Of a stretch of 64,000 nt of DNA, positions 8,331-16,800 are shown piece by piece; position 1 is the first letter of the stretch, and the number at the start of each line of letters is the position of its first letter. Under the pieces are notes generated by a model. That model made no database searches. It worked only from the letters and a program-made list of their open reading frames with translations, and was not told where the DNA came from. The stretch is from an uncultured Candidatus Micrarchaeota archaeon (GTDB taxonomy: Archaea > Micrarchaeota > Micrarchaeia > Anstonellales > Bilamarchaeaceae). The position numbers were made by a program, and so were the translations under genes. Where the stretch lies: assembly GCA_963714085.1 (NCBI GenBank), contig OY970229.1:832001-896000 (forward strand), in the 5' to 3' direction.

Positions 8331-9315
8331 CGTGCCACCTCTCCGCAAGCGTTTTCTTTTGTATAAGACCGCAGTTGCTGCACATCTGGGATGTGTAGGC
8401 GGGATTTACCAGCACGACTTCGCAACCAGCTCCTTCCGCCTTGTAGCTGATCATGCTGACGAACTCCGCCCAGCTGCAGTCCAATACCTCTTTTGCCAGG
8501 AAACCCCGTGCCAATCCTTCGTTGTTCAGCGCTTCCATGGCTATGAGCGAATGGTTCTTCACAAGGTTACTGCTGACCTTGTGCAGGAAATCCCTCCTCT
8601 TATTCGTTAGTTTCTCGTAGGCGATGGCAACCGCCTTTCTGTTTTTGGCCCTGTTCGAGCTGCCCTTCGTTTTATTCGACATCCTCCGCTGGGCGAGCTT
8701 AAGCCGTTCTTCTGCCAATCTGAGATTCCGCGGATTCTCTATCCTTGAGCCATCGCTCAGATACGCGAATGTTTCTATCCCCAAGTCGATTCCGACTGGA
8801 GGCGTCTTGTTTCTCTCCGGCATCTTTCTTTCGGATTCGGTCGTAAAAATCGCATGCCACTTCCCTGAAGGGGATCTCTTTATGACCAGGGTCTTGATTT
8901 CACCGTCCATTTCCCTGTGTTTCCTGATTGCCACGTTCCCTATTCCTGATAGCCCCAGCCTGTCGTTGAGTTTGAAGCCGAACTGTGGATAGGTGAAAGA
9001 CCTCACACGCTCTATTGACTTGAACCGTGGGAATCCCGCCTTCCTGCCGGCTTTCCTCTTTGCGACAAATCCTTTCAGGGATTTTGCAAGCCGGTCTGCA
9101 ACATTCTGGGCTACCTGGGAGAACATGTTGGTTTCTTTTGTCCGTAGGTAAAGCTGCTTTCTGGCAGGGAATTTCCTTGTTTCTTCGTAATTCTCCTTTG
9201 CGTATGCCAGCAGGGAATTCCAGATGGTTTTGCATTCGTAGAGGTGGCGGTCCAGGATTTTTTCCTGGCTTCTTGAAGGGTAAAGCCTGTACTTCCAGGC
9301 TCGCATTACTTTCAT
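8147..9315 (-). mobile_element. IS200/IS605-superfamily element with tnpB only (IS1341-like); right end defined, left end not seen
   Basis: Minus strand ends ...GAAAG CCATGCC-TTTG-GGCATGG GTAGTTCAC (subterminal hairpin plus TCAC end at 8147); no tnpA in window. Confidence 0.7.
8152..9315 (-). CDS. tnpB: RNA-guided endonuclease TnpB
   Basis: KYRLYP N-terminus, GFPRFKS, RuvC residues GIDLG / IAMEAL / HRDLNAA, Zn finger CSNCG...CACG; ATG 9315 lies about 21 nt below a TATA box. Confidence 0.93.
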   Translation of the reverse strand: MKVMRAWKYRLYPSRSQEKILDRHLYECKTIWNSLLAYAKENYEETRKFPARKQLYLRTKETNMFSQVAQNVADRLAKSLKGFVAKRKAGRKAGFPRFKSIERVRSFTYPQFGFKLNDRLGLSGIGNVAIRKHREMDGEIKTLVIKRSPSGKWHAIFTTESERKMPERNKTPPVGIDLGIETFAYLSDGSRIENPRNLRLAEERLKLAQRRMSNKTKGSSNRAKNRKAVAIAYEKLTNKRRDFLHKVSSNLVKNHSLIAMEALNNEGLARGFLAKEVLDCSWAEFVSMISYKAEGAGCEVVLVNPAYTSQMCSNCGLIQKKTLAERWHDCACGASMHRDLNAALNILQRATGGTPGSKACGEETSTGHKHNWQVSSTKQESHAFGHG

Positions 9316-9335
9316 AAAGAGTTGCCTGAAAGGTC

Positions 9336-9369
9336 GTATATAAGCATTTCCCGGGTGGATTTCCGCGGT
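9336..9369 (-). promoter_or_regulatory. tnpB promoter (upstream motif plus BRE/TATA), near copy of 54775-54808
   Basis: Minus strand ACCGCGGAAATCCACCCGGGAAATGCTTATATAC; 30/34 identical to the radA-operon upstream sequence. Confidence 0.7.
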
Positions 9370-9471
9370 GCTCACGACGAAGCTGGCACATTAGGCCCTT
9401 TCGCCCCATATTTGAAAATGTGGGATTTCCCGGACCTGATGCATTTAAAAGCAACAAAAGCGTAATCACTT

Positions 9472-9560
9472 TCACATGATGACGTGAACAACCTCTGAGA
9501 TGCCTTCCGCAATTTTCCAGGGAGGCATTGGTGAAGAAACCAACAGCGTCTGATTCCTTT
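9472..9560 (+). ncRNA. Box C/D methylation guide sRNA
   Basis: C box ATGATGA 9476-9482, 12-nt guide, D' CTGA 9495-9498, hairpin insert, C' GTGAAGA 9531-9537, 12-nt guide, D CTGA 9550-9553; TTTAAAA upstream and T-run downstream. Confidence 0.85.
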
Positions 9561-9561
9561 T

Positions 9562-10158
9562 TCAGGCCTTGACGGCCATCACGACCCATATGCTCTCGAA
9601 GAAGAAGTCCTGCCGCCCGATTAGCCTGACCTTGTAGCCGAGCTTTTCGAGCGCGCTGCGCGTCTTGCGCGGGCCGTTCAGGCTGCTCTGGAGCAGGAGG
9701 AGGGTCCCGCCCGGATTCATGTGCGAGTCGAATTCCTTCAGGAACCTGTCCAGCACCTTCCTGCCGTCCTTCCCGCCGTCGAAGGCGAGGTTCAGCGAGC
9801 CGGCGACCCTCTCGTTGTATTCCGTAGGCAGGTAGGGCGGATTGAACATCATGGCGTCGAACCGGCCCTGGACGCTGCTGAAAAAATCCGACACCAGGAA
9901 GCGTGCGTTCCTGATCCCGTTCTTTCTCGCGTTCTCCGAGGCGCAGGCGATTGCTTCCGGGCTGACGTCCGCCCCGACCACCTCGTTGCCCGGATTGGCC
10001 TTCGCGTTGGCGAGCGCGGCGATTCCGCTGCCCGTGCCCATGTCAAGGACCCTGCCCTTCAACTTCGTAGCGTGCTTCGCGAGAAGCAGGGAATCCTCAG
10101 CCGGCTCATAGACCGAATCCTGGATAGAAAGCTCGACGCCTTCGCAGACAAGCCCCAT
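9562..10158 (-). CDS. HemK2/PrmC-family SAM methyltransferase
   Basis: VYEPAEDSLLL, VLDMGTGSG, FNPPYLP, DGGKDG. Confidence 0.9.
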   Translation of the reverse strand: MGLVCEGVELSIQDSVYEPAEDSLLLAKHATKLKGRVLDMGTGSGIAALANAKANPGNEVVGADVSPEAIACASENARKNGIRNARFLVSDFFSSVQGRFDAMMFNPPYLPTEYNERVAGSLNLAFDGGKDGRKVLDRFLKEFDSHMNPGGTLLLLQSSLNGPRKTRSALEKLGYKVRLIGRQDFFFESIWVVMAVKA

Positions 10159-10211
10159 GTGAAGGAAGATGGCGAGTTCTTTTTTAAATACATTCGGACA
10201 CAGCTAATGCC

Positions 10212-10838
10212 ATGGACGAACTTCTGCTTCTGCTTCTAAGGAACGGCGCCCACCGCTCGGCGGTCAGGCTCACGACCACGGAGATAGCCGCGCTGCTGGG
10301 CATGTCCCAGCAGAACGTGTCCAGGAGGCTGCGCATGCTGGAGAAGGAGGGCATGATAAGGAGGGACCCTTCCGGCATAACGCTCACGGACAAAGGGGTC
10401 GCTGATATCAAGGATCTGCTCGCGGTGCTGCAGAACGCCTTCTCTGCCAGGCTCGAGATCAGGGGCAAGGTCGCGGACGGCCTCGGCGAGGGGAAGTTCT
10501 ACCTGTCCAAGCCGGGATACGCGCGCCAGATGGAGGACAAGCTCGGATTCGTCCCCTACCCAGGAACGCTCAACCTGAGATTGGAGGGCGGCGAAGCCGA
10601 GAAAAGGAGGCGCTTGCTCCACCTGGAGCCTGTTGTCATAGCCGGGTTCACGGAGGAAGGCAGGCGTTACGGCGACCTGTTCGCCTACCGGGCGAAGGCC
10701 GAGGGCGTGGAATGCGCGGTCGTTGTGCCGCTGAGGACCCACCACGGCCAGGATGTCATCGAGCTCACGGCCCCGCTGAATCTGCGCAAGAGGCTCAATA
10801 AGAAAAGCGGGGACGAAGTCGTGCTGAGGATAGGCTAG
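10212..10838 (+). CDS. ribK: CTP-dependent riboflavin kinase with N-terminal winged HTH (RbkR-type regulator)
   Basis: HTH TTTEIAALLGMSQQNVSRRL; kinase GLGEGKFY, KLGFVPYPGTLN, PLRTHH...IE. Confidence 0.92.
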   Translation: MDELLLLLLRNGAHRSAVRLTTTEIAALLGMSQQNVSRRLRMLEKEGMIRRDPSGITLTDKGVADIKDLLAVLQNAFSARLEIRGKVADGLGEGKFYLSKPGYARQMEDKLGFVPYPGTLNLRLEGGEAEKRRRLLHLEPVVIAGFTEEGRRYGDLFAYRAKAEGVECAVVVPLRTHHGQDVIELTAPLNLRKRLNKKSGDEVVLRIG

Positions 10839-10846
10839 GTGCACCC

Positions 10847-11959
10847 ATGGAAACGGCGACTTCCGGCCCGGCTCTCGGTCCACTGGTCCACGACGGGATA
10901 ATGGAGGAGCTCATGCCCAGGATAAAGAAGCTGGCCAAGCGGCTCATCGAGGCTAAACAGAACAATACATTCATCCTGCTGCGTTTCCACCACGATGCGG
11001 ACGGCATCGCGGGCGCTCTGGCTCTTTCCGAGGTGCTGAGGTTCCAGGCATACCAGCAGAATTCCGCGGTCTACTCGGTCAAAGATGCGGTCAAGGACCT
11101 GTCCTCGCTCTCGCACGAAGATAAGCCGTTGGCGGTGCTTCTGGACTTCGGGATGAACCGGGAGAGCGAAGAAGGGCTTAGGCTGCTAAAGGCCGCAGGC
11201 ATCGAACTCATGATCGTGGACCACCACCCGCCGTCCGGTGATGCCATGTCCATGGCGGATTACACGCTCACTCCCTGGGAGGTTTCCACAGCCGCGAACA
11301 CTTCCAGGTACGTGGCTGGTTATCTCGCCTCGGAGATTGCGAGGGCCATGGGCGCGCAGACGCAGAGGTACGCGCGGATCGCCTGCGCAGGGGACAGGAG
11401 CACGCTGCTGGAAGCAAGCGAGGAGGACGGGAAGACGGCGCTGGTGCTGGATTACCTGGCTGCCCATTCGGGGTTCGGGAACAACCTGAGATTCTACAAG
11501 AACGTGCTCACCAAGGAGGAGCTCTTCGCGTCCATCGCGGGCCAGGCGCAGGAGTCCATAGACGAAGCCGCTGACAAGGCGCTTGCCGGGGCCAAGAATA
11601 CGAAGGAGGGCGGGGTGAGGATATGCATCTTCAGCCTCGCGAACGTGGTGCGCAAGGGCGAGTGGCCCCCCTCTGGCAAGGTGACCACGCGGGTCTTCGA
11701 CAAGCTCAAGGAAGGCGGGCCGCTGCTATGCATGGGTTACACCGACCGCTCCATAATAATGAGGCTGAACGACGAGGCGCTCTCAGCCGGCCTGAGCGCC
11801 ACCCTCCTTGCTGAGAGGGTGAAGAGCAGCATGGCCGATTTCGTGGACGGAGGCGGCGGCCATGCGAAGGCTGGCGCCATCAGGGCGAAGCAGGGCTTCG
11901 TTAAGGAGGTCCTGAACGAGCTCGTGAGGGAAGCGGGCAGGGCGGTTGCGCCGTCTTAG
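10847..11959 (+). CDS. DHH/DHHA1 phosphoesterase (archaeal RecJ-like)
   Basis: HHDADG, LLDFG, IVDHH, GGGHAKAG. Confidence 0.85.
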   Translation: METATSGPALGPLVHDGIMEELMPRIKKLAKRLIEAKQNNTFILLRFHHDADGIAGALALSEVLRFQAYQQNSAVYSVKDAVKDLSSLSHEDKPLAVLLDFGMNRESEEGLRLLKAAGIELMIVDHHPPSGDAMSMADYTLTPWEVSTAANTSRYVAGYLASEIARAMGAQTQRYARIACAGDRSTLLEASEEDGKTALVLDYLAAHSGFGNNLRFYKNVLTKEELFASIAGQAQESIDEAADKALAGAKNTKEGGVRICIFSLANVVRKGEWPPSGKVTTRVFDKLKEGGPLLCMGYTDRSIIMRLNDEALSAGLSATLLAERVKSSMADFVDGGGGHAKAGAIRAKQGFVKEVLNELVREAGRAVAPS

Positions 11960-11963
11960 GGGT

Positions 11964-12500
11964 TCAGCGCCCGCGCCACAGCGGCTCCTCTACCCTCTTT
12001 TTCCTGTTCATCTCCCTGGCCATGACGAAAAACAGGTCGCCGAGGCGGTTCAGATAGGTGACGATCTGCGGGTCGGTCTTCTCCTTTTTCGAGAGCGCGA
12101 CCACGGAGCGCTCGGCCCGCCTGCAGATAGTTCTTGTGAGGTGGAGCAGCGACGCGGCCTTGGACCCGCCCGGAAGCACGAAATGGTGGAGTGGGGAGAG
12201 CTGCGCCTCGATCTTGTCTATCCCGAGCTCGAGCTCCGAGACCCTGTCCGGGTTTATCCTCCTGGAGAGCTTGCCTTTTGCCGCGCCGGCCAGCTCCGCG
12301 CCTATCACGAACAGGTCCTTCTGGAACTCCTTGAGCGTTTTGGTCTGATCGTCCTCCGAGAAGGCGATTACGACGCCGATCAGCGCGTTGAGCTCGTCCA
12401 GCTGGCCGAGGGCCTCTATCCTCAGGTCGTCCTTGGCGACCCTTTTGCCGCCGAGAGAATCCGTCTCGCCCTTGTCCCCGCGCCTTGTGTAAATCGGCAT
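11964..12500 (-). CDS. PduO-type ATP:cob(I)alamin adenosyltransferase
   Basis: IYTRRGDKGET, GQLDELNA, FVLPGG, RTICRRAER, YLNRLGDLFF. Confidence 0.93.
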   Translation of the reverse strand: MPIYTRRGDKGETDSLGGKRVAKDDLRIEALGQLDELNALIGVVIAFSEDDQTKTLKEFQKDLFVIGAELAGAAKGKLSRRINPDRVSELELGIDKIEAQLSPLHHFVLPGGSKAASLLHLTRTICRRAERSVVALSKKEKTDPQIVTYLNRLGDLFFVMAREMNRKKRVEEPLWRGR

Positions 12501-12685
12501 GGTAGTATGAATCAGGCAAGGATTTAATGATTTTGCGCGTATGTGTGATTACAAGCGGCCAGCGCGGGTGATGCAACGGAACGCGCGTCCCGGCTGGGTT
12601 GCTACTCCCTTGCTCCTGCCGGTTCGCAGGAGACGACGAGGCTGCGATAACCGAAGAGAAACAAGACGGCGCTCATAAAAAACCA

Positions 12686-12705
12686 TAAAACGATACATTT
12701 AAATA
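12686..12705 (+). promoter_or_regulatory. Promoter copy 1 (TAAAACGATACATTTAAATA)
   Basis: Identical 20-mer at 13175-13194; both followed by TACAGGTGA RBS and ATG. Confidence 0.65.
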
Positions 12706-12739
12706 ACATTTAAGGGATAATGGGTACAGGTGACACGAC

Positions 12740-13177
12740 ATGACTACGAAGGAGCTACAGCACCGGGCAAAAAGAACCAGGCATACGCCACATCTTAACC
12801 GAGGGACAGAGAGGAGGAGGGCAGTGAAAGAGTTCATGAGGTTGAAACACGGCTTTTTGCTGCCGTACGATGAGGTCAGACATGACGGGGATATAAGCGT
12901 GAGAATGACCGCTACACGAGGGCAGAATCTGGTCATAGTGGACGTCACGAATGTCGACAAGGAAACCGCGAGGATGATCGCGAGCCTGCATCATATAGCC
13001 AGGCACCCTGACGCGATAAGCATGAGCGCGACCGCTAAGTGCGGGCCGAATTTAGTCGTGGTGAATGTTACGAGCGTGAGCCGCAAAATCGCGGAGGTAA
13101 TCACGGGTCTCATTGGGTGCTTGTCGGGTCTCGAATCGTCCTGGCCGCATGCTCCGAAAACCGCGCAGCGTCCGTAA
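12740..13177 (+). CDS. Hypothetical protein with internal two-fold repeat
   Basis: AGGTGA RBS; ISVRMTATRGQNLVIVDVTNV vs ISMSATAKCGPNLVVVNVTSV. Confidence 0.6.
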   Translation: MTTKELQHRAKRTRHTPHLNRGTERRRAVKEFMRLKHGFLLPYDEVRHDGDISVRMTATRGQNLVIVDVTNVDKETARMIASLHHIARHPDAISMSATAKCGPNLVVVNVTSVSRKIAEVITGLIGCLSGLESSWPHAPKTAQRP

Positions 13178-13194
13178 AACGATACATTTAAATA
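13175..13194 (+). promoter_or_regulatory. Promoter copy 2 (TAAAACGATACATTTAAATA)
   Basis: Identical to 12686-12705. Confidence 0.65.
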
Positions 13195-13228
13195 TACTTC
13201 CTAACACTATATATACAGGTGATTCGGT

Positions 13229-13357
13229 ATGGTCAAAAAGAAGATTAAAGCGACCAGTAAGAAGTGTACCTGCAAAAAGCCAACCGGCGTCATCGGCTCT
13301 GTTGTGAGCTGGGTGAGGGAAAAGGCTGGCGTGGGTAACGGATGTTACTGCAGCTGA
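13229..13357 (+). CDS. 42-aa basic CxC...CxC microprotein (not in ORF track)
   Basis: MVKKKIKATSKKCTCKKPTGVIGSVVSWVREKAGVGNGCYCS*; AGGTGA RBS at 13217 and own TATA. Confidence 0.65.
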   Translation: MVKKKIKATSKKCTCKKPTGVIGSVVSWVREKAGVGNGCYCS

Positions 13358-13507
13358 AAAAAATCAATGCTCATTCTATAACGGTTTCCCGATTTTGGGA
13401 AGGATCATCCCATCCAAAAGGATGGGAGTTTCTCTATTTCTGCTTGATGGGGGCGCAAGGCCTCGTTTTCCGTTTAGCGCAAGCCAGGGTCATTCAAGCA
13501 AACGCGA

Positions 13508-13744
13508 TCAGATCAGCTTCTTCCCGTTGTCTTCTAGATGTATGCAATTGACAGGGCAGCTCTGGGCAGCATCGCTGTTGCATCCCGCCTTCGGGACTTC
13601 CAGCACGAATTTGTCTCCTGCGGGCTTCGAGCCTTTGAGATGCGATTTCCCGTCGTCTCCCATTTCCCATGACTCCGGGCACACTGCGGTGCATGCGCCG
13701 CAGCCTATGCAAACCGGGCGGTCGTGTACGATCTTCACTGCCAT
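13508..13744 (-). CDS. Ferredoxin (single-cluster type)
   Basis: CIGCGACTAVCP ... AAQSCPVNCI. Confidence 0.9.
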   Translation of the reverse strand: MAVKIVHDRPVCIGCGACTAVCPESWEMGDDGKSHLKGSKPAGDKFVLEVPKAGCNSDAAQSCPVNCIHLEDNGKKLI

Positions 13745-13894
13745 AGACACCACTGGATGGACTAAGCAAGCGTTGGTTTTTTATTGTTGCGGGCTGTCCG
13801 GCCAGCAAGTGCCTGTCTCTGACACAGGTTTTACCATTATATATATTAGTGCAGATTAGAATACAGAGGTCAGGGGCCGTGGAGAAGTGTTCGG

Positions 13895-16800
13895 ATGGCT
13901 AAAGGATACCGGGGCATGCTACCAATATTGCTATTTCCCCTATTCCTAAGCATACTTTCGCTCACGCAACTAGTTAACATAAGCCATATGGCCGGGCTCA
14001 ATGATGACTTCTCGAACCTCGTGCTCCAGGTCGTGAACGAGAATGGGACCACCACGGTCCCTTACACCATAGTCGGCATGCAGGATGGCCAGTGGGCCAT
14101 GGTCAATGCCACGCTGCCAGGCGCCAATGGAACGCTTGTCGCGTCCGCGTATCCTGATTACTCCTATAACGGCACTGGAGCAGGAAACCAGACCGCAAAT
14201 GCAGGGAGCGCCGCGATTGGGCAGGCCGCTTATTCTTCGGGGTACGCGTATAACGAAACGCTCTCCAATGCTAGCGCCCCGGAAAACGGCAGCGGCGTGC
14301 CGTCCGGTTATGAGAATATAAACGATTTCATGAACCAGTCGAATATCAGCGTCAATCAGACAATCAATGGCTCTTCGGGTTATGTGAATGCCGGTCCGTC
14401 CCTCAATACCACGAACGCCAGCGTGAATGGCAGCGGCGTGCCGTCCGGCTACGAGGATATCGGCGTTTTCATGAACCAGTCGAATATCACCGTCAATCAG
14501 ACGCGCAATATTTCTTCGGGATATATCGATGTCGGCGCGTTCCTCAATGCCACCAACCAAGCCGGTTCATTCGAAGCCATCAGCGCCGGAACCCACGAAC
14601 GCGGGTCGACGAAGCTCATCCAGCTCTCCTACAACGGCTCCCAAGCCGAGATGAGCGCGGACGCCTATGACATGCTAGCGGACAACGCCAGCGTAAGGCT
14701 TATCGTGGAGGGAGGAAGCGGTTTTTCGCGGTACGGGCGGAATATCAGCACCGTAGAAAACATCCCCTCGCGGGGGCTGCATGTGGTCACGGTAGACAAG
14801 CGGTCCCTTGCATTGCTGCTTCAGGCAGGGGCCAGCAAGATATATCTGGACACCCCGGTGCAGGCGCTGCTCAACGACAGCATACCGCTGATACGCGCGG
14901 ACGAGGCTGCGGAGGATTTCAACCTCTCGGGGCAGGGAATCGCCGTCTGCCTCCTGGACACCGGCGTGGACTACAACGAGTCCCAGTTCGGGGGCCAGGT
15001 CCTCCAGGGCTACGATTTGTTGGATAACGTTTCCGGCGCCATGGACGACAACGGCCACGGCACGCTCATGGCGTCCATCATCCATTCCATCGCCCCTGGA
15101 GCGACCATCGTACCAGTCAAGGTGCTGGATTCCACCGGACACGGCTATTCGTCGGACATAATACAGGGCATCGACTACTGCAGGCAGGTTGGGCAGAACG
15201 TCAGGATAATATCCATGAGCTTCGGGGGCGGGAACTTCACGGATTACTGCGACTCCGACCCGCTGGCCATGGCGGTGGAGGACGCATACGACGCGGGGAT
15301 ACTTCCGGTCGCGTCGTCGGGCAACGACGGAGGCGCGGCGATCACCCTGCCGGCCTGCGCCATGAACGCGACCGCCGTGGCCTCCACATCTGGTTCGGAT
15401 TTGATATCCTCCTTCTCCAGCATGAACGGCATGGTGGACCTCCTGGCGCCGGGCGAGGGCATAACCGCGGAAGGATTGGGCGGCCCTCAGACCCGGTCCG
15501 GCACCTCCATCAGCGCGGCGGACGTCTCCGGCGCGGCAGCCCTGCTCGTGGAAAGCAATTCGACACTGGAACCGGTCGACATAACCCGGATATTCAGGAC
15601 GACCGGCATCCCCATCTCGTATGAGGGCGTGACATACCCGCGCATCGACGTGCTCAACGCGGTGATGGACAACGCCACCGGCAATCCCGTGATTCCTCCG
15701 GTAAACGAATCCAACGGGACCGGAGTCGACAACTTCAGCATCGCAATCTGGACCAGCGCCTCTTTCGACAGGTGCATGAACATAACCATAATCAACGTCA
15801 GTAGCTCCAGCCTGGCGAATTTCCCGGCATTGATCAACGTGGCGTATAACACCGACATGCAGTCGAATTACTCCGACCTCAGGTTCTACAGCGCGGGATG
15901 CAACAATGGCGGAACACTCCTGCCCTACGAGATAGAAAACTACACTGCGGCTAACGCCATCGTTTGGGTGGGCATTCCGACCATGAACGCGGCGAACACC
16001 ACGATTTCAGTCTATTACAAGAACAACACCGCGGTGAGCTCGGGGCAGAACGCCACGGGCGTATGGGACGCCAACTTCAGAGGCGTATGGCACCTGAACC
16101 AAAATCCGGCAGGGGCCGCGCCGCAGATGAAGGACAGCACTTCCAATGGCAATAACGGAACCGCCGCAGGGCTCACTGCCGCGAATCAGGTGAGCGGGCA
16201 GATTGACGGAAGCCTGAATTTCACCGGGAGCAGCACCACGACAGTAGTGGTGCCGAACAGCACGTCTACCGATATCACCGGGAACATTCTGACCATCTCC
16301 GCGTGGATAAAGCCGGTCAACCAGACAGGAGGCAACAGCTATGTCTTCCAGAGAGGTAACAACACCGGAGTCGAGCAGTACGCCCTTGTATTCAGCCGCA
16401 CGAACACCAGTAGCGGTGCCGGCAGCATGGGCGCTGTCGTCAACAATACCATCGTCGCAAGAAGCGCCAACAACAGCATAACCATAAACAACTGGGCTTA
16501 TGTCGCATTCGTGTGCAATGGCACCGCGGTCACTGATTACCTGAACGGAGTGGTCGTGAACACGACGAATTACAATACGACCCTGACCTCGGTTTTCGAA
16601 TCCAACATCAGTTTCGGCATAAAGTGGCCGAACAGCAACGCCTACCTAGGCGGGATAGACGAGGTGGAGCTTTCCAACGCGGCCAGGAGCGCGCAGTGGA
16701 TAAACCAGAGCTACCAGATGCAGTACAACAACAGCAAGTGGATCGTCTTCGGAGCCGCGCAGACCAGGCCCACCACAGGCGTTGCTCTCAACAGCCCTGC

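Noticed and set aside
12550..12675. Cobalamin riboswitch upstream of the adenosyltransferase
   Set aside because: The conserved B12-box and GGGAA/GCAACTG elements are not found on the minus strand.
13355..13500. Selenocysteine read-through of the microprotein TGA with a downstream SECIS
   Set aside because: No recognisable archaeal SECIS; read-through adds only a few residues and no Sec machinery is in view.
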